Shown here: piece after piece, positions 1 to 8,022 of the stretch
Numbering within the stretch: the first letter of the stretch is position 1
Layout: each line of letters starts with the position of its first letter
NCBI GenBank assembly: GCA_038817485.1
Contig: JAWAZL010000005.1
Coordinates: 12,435-36,434 of the forward strand
Origin: Nitrososphaerota archaeon
GTDB lineage: Archaea; Thermoproteota; Nitrososphaeria_A; Caldarchaeales; JAVZCJ01
Length of the DNA stretch: 24,000 bases
Direction: 5' to 3'
The notes under the pieces: generated by a model
Databases searched by the model: none
The model's input: only the letters and a program-made list of their open reading frames with translations
Told to the model about the DNA's origin: nothing
Position numbers and translations under genes: made by a program

Positions 1-2
1 GT

Positions 3-683
3 ACAGGAGCAGGATTACCAAAGTTTTTAGGTATTCCAGGAGAAAATCTATGTGGAGTTTATTCTTTAAATGAATTTCTTATTAGGATAAATTTAATGAA
101 AGCTTATACTTTTCCATATAAAAGCAAAACTCCAATCAAAGTTCAAGGTAAAGTTGCAGTATTAGGTGCTAGAGGAATGGATGCTGCAAGATGTGCTCTT
201 AGATTAGGAGCTGAAGAAGTTTTCATATTCTATCAATATAAAATTGTAGGGAGAGTTGATGATATTAGACGTGGGATAGAAGAAGGTGTAAAACTTCAAC
301 CATTTACTAAGCCAGTAAGATTAATTGGAAATGAAAAAAGATGGGTAAAACAAGTTGAACTTATAAGATTAAAGCAAATGCTAAATAATAAAACTGGAGA
401 AATTGAATTAATTCCAGAAAAAAATTCTAAAATTCTTTATAATACAGAAACTGTTATTATAGCAACAAAACATATTCCTAATACTATAGCAATTAAAAAT
501 ACTTCAAGAAATATCAAAATTTCAGATAAACAAAAAACCATACTTGTTAATCCAGAGACATTGGAAGCTACTAATGGAATTTTTGCAGGTGGAGATGTAG
601 TTAGTGGTGCAGCATCTGTTATAAAAGCTATAGAAGCTGGAAAGAGAGCTGCTAAGTCAATAAACATTTATTTAATGAAATAG
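3..683 (+). CDS. GltD/SudA-like FAD/NAD(P)H oxidoreductase (glutamate synthase small-subunit family), C-terminal part; 5' end outside the window
   Basis: The frame is open from nt 3 (TGAGLPKFLGIPGENLCGVYSLNEFL precedes the track Met at 96), so the gene is cut by the window edge. The dinucleotide-binding motif KVAVLGARGMDAARCALRLGA and the C-terminal IFAGGDVVSGAASVIKAIEAGKRAA are typical of this family. Confidence 0.75.
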   Translation, partial: TGAGLPKFLGIPGENLCGVYSLNEFLIRINLMKAYTFPYKSKTPIKVQGKVAVLGARGMDAARCALRLGAEEVFIFYQYKIVGRVDDIRRGIEEGVKLQPFTKPVRLIGNEKRWVKQVELIRLKQMLNNKTGEIELIPEKNSKILYNTETVIIATKHIPNTIAIKNTSRNIKISDKQKTILVNPETLEATNGIFAGGDVVSGAASVIKAIEAGKRAAKSINIYLMK

Positions 684-1664
684 CTATATTTTATTCATTT
701 CTTCAAGAGGGATTAAACAATGAGGAGCAAATGTTTCAATTTTTGCACCTTCTTCTAAAAGAGCTGCACTTGGAGTAAGACCACCTATCATGCATAAACC
801 AAACCTATCCATAGCTATTGGAACACCAAGAATTGGTTCATTAGGAACGCCTATAGCTAAAATACCTCCCCATCCCCTATCTTTTAATGTTGAAAGAATC
901 TTAAGTGTTTTCTCTCTTGCTTCAGTAACAATTTCTCTTAAAGCTGCAGGCAATAATCCAGATCCAGTTCTCATGACTTTAATAATCGAAGTTTGATTAC
1001 TTCGAACAAAAAGTTCAAGTGGAGGGATAGTAGTCCCTTCATAAGAGATTAATTCAATAATACGTATCGGTTTTCGATTCACTACTTGAACCAATCCACC
1101 ATATTTAAAGAATAAGGGAATTCCTGAACGTATAAGAACACCATCTATAGTTAAATCGCAAACTGTAAAAAGAGCAATTTTTCCTTCTGGAGTAACTATG
1201 TTTTGGTATTCTTCATTTTCATCTAACACTTTAATATATGGAGCTAATAATAAGCCTTCTTTATGTAAAGACTTTATTATTTCAATAGTTTTATCATAAA
1301 AAGATTTATCTATAATTGAAACATTAGCAACTACCATTCCAGAATCTGCAATTGGATCATATGTAACTGAATAAGCCATTGATAAAAAGCGAGTAACAAC
1401 AAAGCCAAGTCTATAAGATACTAAAGCCCTACTTAATTCTTCTAAACCTTTACTAGTTATAGTTCTTCCACTTCGTTCATGTCCTGAAACTAAACCTCTT
1501 AATTCTAATAATTTAAGATGATATCTTATAGTTCTTTCACTAAGAAAAAAACCTCTTTTCTCTAGTTCTCGTCTAATAAATGTTGACCCGACAGGTTCTG
1601 TTGATTCGCTTAATATCTTTAATATCTCAATTTCTTTTCTTGAAATCTCATACTTTTCAGACAT
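684..1664 (-). CDS. nrpR: NrpR-type nitrogen regulatory repressor (winged helix + DUF128 repeats)
   Basis: N-terminal wHTH EILKILSESTEPVGSTFIRRELEKRGFFLSERTIRYHLKLLELRGLV, then GRTITSKGLEEL, followed by the long NrpR-type C-terminal region. I place the start at the ATG at 1664 (MSEKYEISRKEIEIL). The 13 extra residues of the track ORF (MLNILKIIILNRF, to 1703) look like non-coding read-through. The stop abuts the stop of the convergent GltD-like gene (683/684). Confidence 0.8.
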   Translation of the reverse strand: MSEKYEISRKEIEILKILSESTEPVGSTFIRRELEKRGFFLSERTIRYHLKLLELRGLVSGHERSGRTITSKGLEELSRALVSYRLGFVVTRFLSMAYSVTYDPIADSGMVVANVSIIDKSFYDKTIEIIKSLHKEGLLLAPYIKVLDENEEYQNIVTPEGKIALFTVCDLTIDGVLIRSGIPLFFKYGGLVQVVNRKPIRIIELISYEGTTIPPLELFVRSNQTSIIKVMRTGSGLLPAALREIVTEAREKTLKILSTLKDRGWGGILAIGVPNEPILGVPIAMDRFGLCMIGGLTPSAALLEEGAKIETFAPHCLIPLEEMNKI

Positions 1665-1990
1665 AAACCTATTTAAAATAATAATCTTTAAAATATTTAA
1701 CATTAACGTTTAAATTTAAAAGAAAACAATAAGTTTAGATTATAATATAAAATGAAGTATAAATTTATCCATTCCTTAAAAATAATTGTAGAAAAGATCT
1801 AGAATTGAAGTAAAGACTTAAAAAGCTAAGCTATAAATAGTAATTTATATTAATAAATTTATTGAATCTAAAAATATCTTTTGATTCTCCAATTAATTTT
1901 AACTTTTCTATAGGAAAATAAAAAGCATTAAAATTTAATTCTTCTGGCTATAAATTATTAAATAAAAAAAGAGAGGTAAAAGAAAAAGGA

Positions 1991-2698
1991 TTATAGTTGA
2001 GTTGGTGGTAATTGCATCGCTTCTTTAGCTTTCATAGAATAATAAAAGAATGTTAAAACTACTACAAAATAAGGATAAGCTAAAATCATAAGTAATGGTC
2101 CTATTAATGGTATCATGGAAATTATAATAGAGATTATAAGTATTATGATTATTAGTAAGAAAGCACTTAACCATCTTTTATTTACTAAATTTTTGCTTCT
2201 TGACATTGCTTCGATTGCACTTTTTCCTTCTAGCATTACTACATGTATTGTTAACATAAACATTATACCAAGTATTATGCCAGGAATTATTAATAGTATA
2301 AGCCCTATAAAAACAACTATTGATACTATTATAGATGCGATTATTAAATCTACAATTCTACTAATCGTATAATTTAATGCAGTGCTTAAAGTTGGAGAGC
2401 CACCTTCAATTACATCTCCAGTATATTTTATAGCTATTCCTGCAACAATTAAATTGATAATAAAGCTAACAATTCCAGCTAAAAATATTAAGCCAATCAA
2501 TCCAGGAAGAGCAGCGAATCCTCGACCCATAAATCCAAAAAATGCAAAAAATCCAAAAGATGCCATTAAAATAAAACTAATTACTCCTGATACGATAAAA
2601 GGTATTATTAAATTAATGAAATGTTTTTTATAGAGATCAAATGAAATAGTTAGTATTTCACTAAGACTTAATTCTTTACTTGGTTTTATACTATTCAT
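1991..2698 (-). CDS. polytopic integral membrane protein, function unknown
   Basis: 235-aa ORF with about 6 long hydrophobic segments rich in I/L/F/G, separated by short polar loops. I recognise no catalytic motif. The antisense ORFs at 2115-2372 and 2382-2633 are mirror artefacts of the hydrophobic codons. Confidence 0.7.
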   Translation of the reverse strand: MNSIKPSKELSLSEILTISFDLYKKHFINLIIPFIVSGVISFILMASFGFFAFFGFMGRGFAALPGLIGLIFLAGIVSFIINLIVAGIAIKYTGDVIEGGSPTLSTALNYTISRIVDLIIASIIVSIVVFIGLILLIIPGIILGIMFMLTIHVVMLEGKSAIEAMSRSKNLVNKRWLSAFLLIIIILIISIIISMIPLIGPLLMILAYPYFVVVLTFFYYSMKAKEAMQLPPTQL

Positions 2699-2722
2699 TG
2701 CAATAAATTAATCAATTTTAAG

Positions 2723-2730
2723 AATATAAA
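2723..2730 (-). promoter_or_regulatory. TATA-box-like element (TTTATATT on the minus strand) about 28 nt upstream of the ATG at 2698; implies a leaderless or near-leaderless mRNA
   Basis: Plus-strand aatataaa at 2723-2730. The distance from its centre to the start codon matches the usual archaeal TATA-to-TSS spacing of 26-27 nt. An AT-rich background makes chance matches common. Confidence 0.35.
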
Positions 2731-3068
2731 CTTTTATATTTACTAATTTTCTATGCTTATAAGGAAAAATAATAAAAGAATTTTAAACAAGCTAAAAACG
2801 CATAGCTATTAAGATATAACAATATATTTCATTTTTTAGCTCAATCCTATGATTTTATTTCTTTTTAAAATACTAACTTATTAAAAAATTAAGCGAGTAC
2901 CTAACTCTTGGGAATTTCTTCGAAGTTCTCAGCTTGCTGAAGCACTTATTTCTGACTATTCAACTATTTCGTTAATCTCTTTAAGGAGAATAACTCCTAC
3001 TTCTCAGTAGTTAATATTAAAAGAAAGATTTATTTATCAAATAAGACAAAAAATTCGTGGTGTTTTAA

Positions 3069-3368
3069 GTGTCCAGATTGTATCGATTGCTTAGCTTTAT
3101 AGTTTTGATATTGGGTATTCTGGGTGTGTTAGGATCGCCCTATCTTTTTGGACTTAAAGCTGTTACAACTTCCATTGTTCGAGATATGATAGGGAACGCT
3201 ATATGGGATGTAGCTGGCTCGAAAATAACGGTTTACGAAGGTGTTAAGATTATGAATGAATGGCTAAACGAGTTATCTTTATTATCAGATAAGATTTTGC
3301 TACTTTTCTTAACCTACAGTCTCATATTGATATTGCTATCTGTTGTGATGATTAAAAGATGCATTTGA
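3069..3368 (+). CDS. small membrane protein (99 aa, 2 TM segments), orphan, atypical composition
   Basis: GTG start preceded by GGTG (3059-3062) with a 6-nt spacer, the same geometry as other SD-like sites in this window. TM segments are LLSFIVLILGILGVLGSPYLFGL and ILLLFLTYSLILILLSVVMI. The codons are visibly richer in G/C than neighbouring genes. Confidence 0.5.
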   Translation: MSRLYRLLSFIVLILGILGVLGSPYLFGLKAVTTSIVRDMIGNAIWDVAGSKITVYEGVKIMNEWLNELSLLSDKILLLFLTYSLILILLSVVMIKRCI

Positions 3369-3487
3369 TCCTAACAGTGTATATTATCTTCGCACATTTA
3401 CCACTTTTTACTTTACACATAAAAAGCAACTTTAACTTGAGTTAAGCTAACTAGATTATGGGCAGGTGTAACGCCACATATTCCATT

Positions 3488-3493
3488 AAAAAG
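3488..3493 (-). terminator. oligo-T termination signal directly after tRNA-Val (CTTTTT on the minus strand)
   Basis: A run of five T immediately follows the discriminator base. Archaeal RNAP terminates at oligo-T tracts (established knowledge). Confidence 0.35.
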
Positions 3494-3601
3494 TGGGCCG
3501 GGCCGGATTTGAACCGGCGACCCCCATTCCACGGTTATAAACCACCGCGTCAGGGTGGTTTTGGGAAAACTTTTATCCCAACCAGGCTAGACGACCGGCC
3601 C
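3494..3601 (-). tRNA. tRNA-Val (anticodon GAC), 108 nt, apparently with two non-canonical introns
   Basis: Minus-strand read: GGGCCGG TC GTCT AGCCTGGTTG GGAT A [AAAGTTTTCCCAAAA] CCACC CTGACGC GGTGG [TTTATAACCGTGGAATGG] GGGTC GCCGG TTCAAAT CCGGC CCGGCCC A. The acceptor stem (7 bp), T arm (GCCGG/CCGGC, TTCAAAT) and anticodon arm (CCACC/GGTGG, loop C-U-GAC-G-C) are all intact. About 15 and 18 extra nt lie at the D-arm/anticodon-stem junction and in the variable region. Exact splice sites are not determined. Confidence 0.8.
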
Positions 3602-3626
3602 CACTTTTTTATGCTTTAAAAGAAAG

Positions 3627-3639
3627 TATATAAATTTTT
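3627..3639 (-). promoter_or_regulatory. BRE/TATA promoter of tRNA-Val (minus strand AAAAA-TTTATATA)
   Basis: TTTATATA is centred about 29 nt upstream of tRNA position +1 (3601), with a purine-rich BRE-like run immediately upstream. This is the canonical archaeal geometry. Confidence 0.5.
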
Positions 3640-3668
3640 AAATCTAAAATCTATTATAAAATTTAGTT

Positions 3669-4406
3669 TTAATAAGAAAAAATTGAAATTGCCTTTCTCC
3701 AATTAAAGCTTGATGTAACAATATCTATTCCAATTTCTTCAAAGCTTTTCTTTATTTCATTTTCTACTACTTCTGGTGCAGCTCCTATTCTTAAAACTAA
3801 TCTATATGATAATAATGTTAATGGATAAATTTTAATTATAACTTTATCAAGATTTCTTTCCGAAATAACATTTTTCAGTTCTGTCATTGTTACATCATTT
3901 ACATTTACTGCACTAAGACCTTTTTTATACCATTCATTAATCATATTTGCATGATAATACGATATATTTTTCTCTCTTCCTAAATAAACATGGATAGGCG
4001 ATAATTTTTTTATATGAAGCATTTCTTTCAAAGAATTATTAAAATCTATTTTAGAAATACCAATTTTTCTTATTAAATTTTTTATTTTAATATTTAACAT
4101 GGAAGTTTCTCCTTTCTCATTTGGAAAAATTATTCCTATATAATCATTTTCAACTTTTTCTATTTTCCCAGTTATTAGAAATTGTTTATTAAAAACTGTA
4201 AGAGGAAAAATAGTTAATTTATTTATAGTATTTATGAAAAATTTTTCTTCACTTACATCTATTATTAGCCATCCATCTTTATTAAAAAACATATTTTTTA
4301 TTTCAACATCTGTTTTTGAATATTTTTCTTTAATCTCTTCCATTAAATTTTTTAAAACTTCATATTTATCTTTCCTATTTGTTCTTTCTGATAATACTAT
4401 TTCCAT
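3669..4406 (-). CDS. conserved-looking hypothetical protein (245 aa), tightly coupled downstream of tfe
   Basis: The ATG at 4406 lies 2 nt after the TAA of the TFE gene (4409-4411). The protein is soluble and Lys/Glu/Ile-rich, with no motif I can name with confidence. It may belong to an archaea-specific DUF family that follows tfe, but I cannot verify that. Confidence 0.6.
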   Translation of the reverse strand: MEIVLSERTNRKDKYEVLKNLMEEIKEKYSKTDVEIKNMFFNKDGWLIIDVSEEKFFINTINKLTIFPLTVFNKQFLITGKIEKVENDYIGIIFPNEKGETSMLNIKIKNLIRKIGISKIDFNNSLKEMLHIKKLSPIHVYLGREKNISYYHANMINEWYKKGLSAVNVNDVTMTELKNVISERNLDKVIIKIYPLTLLSYRLVLRIGAAPEVVENEIKKSFEEIGIDIVTSSFNWRKAISIFSY

Positions 4407-4408
4407 TT

Positions 4409-4885
4409 TTAACCTGGTTCTTCAGTTAATTCTTTTTCTATTTGTGAAATTTTTTCTTTTATAGCTTCTATTATTTTACTATTATCATACAATTCTAATA
4501 TTTTTCCACAATTTGGACATTTAAACAATTTATTCACACTTTCTTCAAATGTATATTTTCTACATCCAGGAGTTCCACAATAATAAAATTGATGATTCTG
4601 TTCATATTCAAGTTTTAAACGTAATCTTTCTAAAGTTTTTTGAAGAGCAACTTTAATAAATCCAATCATTTGGCTTGTTTGTACATTCCATTTAAATACT
4701 CTTCTACCAAGTTTAACGTCCCTAGCAACATCATATGATATTAATGATAATTCATGTAGTCTATGCAATAACTTTCTAACTTCTTTAATATCAATTTTAA
4801 GAATATCTGCAATTTCTTCATCTGTTAACCATGGTTTTTTCATTAATAGTTTAACAATTTCAACAGCTTGTTTACCTGCTGCCAA
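4409..4885 (-). CDS. tfe: transcription factor E, alpha subunit (TFIIE-alpha homolog)
   Basis: The winged helix (AVEIVKLLMKKPWLTDEEIADILKIDIKEVRKLLHRLHELSLISY) is followed by a zinc ribbon (YYCGTPGCRKYTFEESVNKLFKCPNCGKIL). The track start is a TTG. The in-frame upstream codons (IIDESTAIKTIE) are open back to a TAG, so the true start is uncertain by up to 16 codons. Confidence 0.85.
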   Translation of the reverse strand: MAAGKQAVEIVKLLMKKPWLTDEEIADILKIDIKEVRKLLHRLHELSLISYDVARDVKLGRRVFKWNVQTSQMIGFIKVALQKTLERLRLKLEYEQNHQFYYCGTPGCRKYTFEESVNKLFKCPNCGKILELYDNSKIIEAIKEKISQIEKELTEEPG

Positions 4886-5044
4886 TTCTATAGTTTTGAT
4901 AGCTGTTGATTCATCTATAATAATAAGCAGAAACTATCACCTTTATATTTCTCTCTACAGCAATTTATATAGTAAATTAAAATTTAGGAAGAATATTTAC
5001 TTTTCATATTTATAAATGAAAAAAGGAAAAAATATTAGAAAAAT

Positions 5045-6298
5045 TCAGGGTTTAACACTATATGATAATGCTATAGACCTAAGCTTCTCTGCAAAAAAAG
5101 GTAATGTTTCTAATTCTACTTCTATACCTTTTTCATTATTTGAAAATGATATTATTTTACTATACTTAAGAATATTCGATAAAATTGAGAAATTTTCTTT
5201 TAAATCTTCTAATATTGCATGAATTTTTACATAATTGTTTGAAAGCATAGAGGATAATTTATTAATTAAATCTTCAATATTTATTTTTTCAAGAGCTGAA
5301 ATAGCTACATAAGGTAAATTTAAATTTGATAATTTTTCTTCTTTTTCCCTTAATTCTTCTATAGAAATTTTATCTATTTTATTTAATACTAATAATATTG
5401 GAGTCTCAAAAACATTTATTTCTCTTAAAATTGAAAGTGAGCAATATATTTTATTTAATATTTCTTCTATACTTTCTGAAATATCAACAATTAAAATTAT
5501 TAAATCTGAATAGGATATTTCTTCTAATGTTGAATGAAAAGCTTCAATTAATAATGTAGGCAAATTTTTTATAAAACCAATTGTATCTGAAATAAATACT
5601 GGTTTACCATCAATTTTTATCATTTTAGTTTTAGGTGAAAGTGTGGTAAAAAGTAAAGGACTAATTTTTACTTCACTTTTAGTTAAAGCTTTAAAAAGTG
5701 TAGATTTTCCTGCATTGGTATATCCTGTTATTGTTATAAGTGGTATTCCATTAATTTTCCTTCCTTCTCTTAATCTTATTCTTCTTTTTCTTATAATTTC
5801 AAGCTTTTTATTAATTATAGCTATCCTTCTTTTAATATGAAGATAATAAACTTCAGCATCATACATCCCTAATCCATGAAAACCAGGCTGCTCACCTTTT
5901 TTAGCTAATCTAACTTTTTCTTTTACTCTTGGTAATTCATACATTAATTCTGCAAGTTTTATTTGAAGTTTAGCTTCAATTGAAGAAGCATGCATAGAAA
6001 AAATTTCAAGTATAAGCCTTGTACGACTTACAATAGGAACTTGAAGAACTTTAGCTAAATTGTATTCTTGAACTGGTTTAATGTCATTCTCAAAAATTAC
6101 TTTTTCTATTCCAAATTTTTTTATAGCATCTTTTAAAATTTTAACTTTTCCAGGACCAATATCATATTTTGGATGAGACTCTCTAACTTGAGTTAATTCA
6201 TATACTACTTGATAACCTGCTGTTTTACATAATTCTTTTAATTCAGCTAAATTCGATTCTTCTCCTCTTTCTCTTCTATGTACTATTGCTACTTTCAC
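5045..6298 (-). CDS. hflX: GTPase HflX
   Basis: HflX N-terminal domain (GKVKILKDAIKKFGIEKVIFENDIKPVQEYNLAKVLQVPIVSRTRLILEIF), coiled linker, then G domain with G1 GYTNAGKST, G3 DTIGF and G4 NKID. GTG start at 6298. Confidence 0.9.
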   Translation of the reverse strand: MKVAIVHRRERGEESNLAELKELCKTAGYQVVYELTQVRESHPKYDIGPGKVKILKDAIKKFGIEKVIFENDIKPVQEYNLAKVLQVPIVSRTRLILEIFSMHASSIEAKLQIKLAELMYELPRVKEKVRLAKKGEQPGFHGLGMYDAEVYYLHIKRRIAIINKKLEIIRKRRIRLREGRKINGIPLITITGYTNAGKSTLFKALTKSEVKISPLLFTTLSPKTKMIKIDGKPVFISDTIGFIKNLPTLLIEAFHSTLEEISYSDLIILIVDISESIEEILNKIYCSLSILREINVFETPILLVLNKIDKISIEELREKEEKLSNLNLPYVAISALEKINIEDLINKLSSMLSNNYVKIHAILEDLKENFSILSNILKYSKIISFSNNEKGIEVELETLPFFAEKLRSIALSYSVKP

Positions 6299-6662
6299 TA
6301 TTTTTTTCCTCCTCTATCTTCTTAATTAAATATCCAAGTGGCATAGTACTTGGATGTGAAGATTGAATATATGGCTTTAAAGTAGATGGATGAAAAGTTT
6401 CTACTTTTTCAATAATTTTTATTTTTAAAAATTTCTCAAGTTTTCTAGCCAATTCAATTGGTGGTTTAAATGCTCCTTGCTCAATTTTTTTTATTATTGT
6501 AAGTTTTTCTGAAATTTGTTTTGCTAATTCTTCTTGAGAAAGCCCCATTTTTATCCTTGCATTACGAATTATTTCTCCATAATTTTCTATAAGTTCTAAA
6601 TCTTCACCTATTAATAAATGCTCTTTTTTCTTTTTCTGCTTCTTTTCCTTATTTGCTAACAC
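6276..6662 (-). CDS. mbf1: MBF1-type HTH (XRE-family) protein lacking the usual N-terminal zinc ribbon; start codon unresolved
   Basis: HTH core YGEIIRNARIKMGLSQEELAKQISEKLTIIKKIEQGAFKPPIELARKLEKFL. By my count the first codon of the track ORF (6662-6660) reads TGG directly after a TAG. The first in-frame ATG/GTG/TTG is Met39, which is preceded by AAGGAT. The 3' end overlaps the hflX start by 23 nt. Confidence 0.7.
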   Translation of the reverse strand: MLANKEKKQKKKKEHLLIGEDLELIENYGEIIRNARIKMGLSQEELAKQISEKLTIIKKIEQGAFKPPIELARKLEKFLKIKIIEKVETFHPSTLKPYIQSSHPSTMPLGYLIKKIEEEKNSESSNST

Positions 6663-6794
6663 TATTTTTCTTTATAATTATTAATATTTAAACTTTCAAT
6701 ATTAAGTTCTTAGGAAAGTTAATTATTTAAGCTTTAATTATTTTATAATTAATGTATAGAAGGGATTGATTAAAATAAAAAAGTGGATAATAAA

Positions 6795-7958
6795 ATGAAA
6801 TTTTATCTTGAATGTATTAATTGTAAGGAAAAATATGATGCAAATGAAGTGATTTATAAATGCAATTGTGGAGGATTGCTTGAAGTAAAATATGAAAATA
6901 TAAAAATTTCTAAAAATTTTAAAAAAAGAAAAATTAATGTTTGGAAATATAGAGAGTTCTTACCAATAATAGAAGAAAATAAGATTGTAAGTTTAAATGA
7001 AGGAGGAACACCTTTATATTTTTGCCAAAAAATTTCTAAAGAACTCAATTTAAATATTTTTGTTAAAAATGAAGGAGCAAATCCTACTGGTAGTTTTAAA
7101 GATAGAGGAATGACTGTAGGTATTACAAAAGCTTTAGAATTAAGAATGAATAAAGTTGCTTGTGCTTCTACAGGAAATACTTCTGCATCTTTAGCTGCTT
7201 ATGCTGCAAGAGCAGGAATTAAAGCATATGTTTTTATTCCATATGGAAAAATTGCTTTAGGAAAATTAGCTCAAGCATTAGTTTATGGAGCTGAAATAAT
7301 TGCTATTAAAGGAAATTTTGATGATGCTTTAAGAAAAGTATTAAGCTTAAGCTCTAAAATGTATATTTTAAATTCGATTAATCCATTTAGATTGGAAGGA
7401 CAAAAAACAATAGCTTATGAAATATTTGATCAATTAGGATATGTACCAGATGAAGTTATTGTTCCTGTTGGAAATGCTGGAAATATCTCAGCTATATGGA
7501 AAGGATTTAAAGAATATTATGAATTTGGATTTATTAAAGAATTACCTAAAATGATTGGTGTTCAAGCAAAAGGAGCAAATCCAATTGTAAGAATGTTTAA
7601 AAATAAAAAAGAATGCTTAAAACCAATTAAAAATCCTAAAACAATAGCAACCGCAATTAGAATAGGCTCACCTGTAAATTGGCCTAAAGCAATTAAAGCT
7701 ATAAAAGAATCTAATGGAATAATTTTAGATGTTTCTGATAAAGAAATAATTAATGCACAATATTTATTAGCAAGTAAAGAAGGTATTTTTGTAGAACCTG
7801 CTTCTGCTGCTTCCATAGCTGCTTTATTAAAACTTTCAAAAGAAAGCTTTTTTGATAAAAAAGAGAAAATTGTTTGTATAGCAACTGGAAGTGGTTTAAA
7901 AGACCCAGATATAATTATAGAAAATTATAAAAATAGAATAAAAGTCGCTCACTACTAA
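6795..7958 (+). CDS. thrC: threonine synthase (PLP-dependent)
   Basis: N-terminal Cys cluster LECINCKEKYDANEVIYKCNCGG, PLP-lysine motif NPTGSFKDRG, and STGNTSASLAAYAARAGI. I prefer the ATG at 6795 because GTGGAT (6783-6788) lies 6 nt upstream as an SD-like site. The track starts at that GTG (6783). Confidence 0.9.
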   Translation: MKFYLECINCKEKYDANEVIYKCNCGGLLEVKYENIKISKNFKKRKINVWKYREFLPIIEENKIVSLNEGGTPLYFCQKISKELNLNIFVKNEGANPTGSFKDRGMTVGITKALELRMNKVACASTGNTSASLAAYAARAGIKAYVFIPYGKIALGKLAQALVYGAEIIAIKGNFDDALRKVLSLSSKMYILNSINPFRLEGQKTIAYEIFDQLGYVPDEVIVPVGNAGNISAIWKGFKEYYEFGFIKELPKMIGVQAKGANPIVRMFKNKKECLKPIKNPKTIATAIRIGSPVNWPKAIKAIKESNGIILDVSDKEIINAQYLLASKEGIFVEPASAASIAALLKLSKESFFDKKEKIVCIATGSGLKDPDIIIENYKNRIKVAHY

Positions 7959-8022
7959 AAATAAAGAGTTAAGTATAAGCATGTAATTTTCTTATATATC
8001 TTAAAAAAGGAGAATGATACTT

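Noticed and set aside
437-996. Track ORFs 437-667 (-) and 790-996 (+).
   Set aside because: They are entirely antisense to the well-supported GltD-like and NrpR genes and have no motifs. They are typical shadow ORFs.
1665-1703. The N-terminal extension of the NrpR ORF in the track (MLNILKIIILNRF).
   Set aside because: It is a hydrophobic, low-complexity translation of AT-rich upstream DNA. The NrpR wHTH begins right after the internal Met at 1664.
2115-2633. Track ORFs 2115-2372 (+) and 2382-2633 (+).
   Set aside because: They are antisense shadows of the 235-aa membrane protein gene. Their Ile/Pro/Lys-rich low-complexity translations derive from the complement of hydrophobic codons.
3488-3609. 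The 5' leader and 3' trailer of tRNA-Val are complementary (AAAAAGT ... ACTTTTT, 7 bp with one bulged G at -1). They extend the acceptor stem like a processing stem of a split or permuted tRNA.
   Set aside because: The trailer is simply the oligo-T terminator and the leader is an A-run downstream of the TATA box, and both are expected in this AT-rich genome. tRNA-Pro shows no such complementarity, and the tRNA body is complete and collinear, so a split/permuted-tRNA interpretation is not needed.
4234-5840. Track ORFs 4234-4464 (+), 5016-5222 (+) and 5643-5840 (+).
   Set aside because: They are antisense to the 245-aa/TFE genes and to hflX (5016-5222 overlaps the hflX 3' end). They have low-complexity sequences and no SD or promoter context.
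6854-7816. Track ORFs 6854-7048 (-) and 7562-7816 (-).
   Set aside because: Both lie inside and antisense to thrC, whose motifs are unambiguous.
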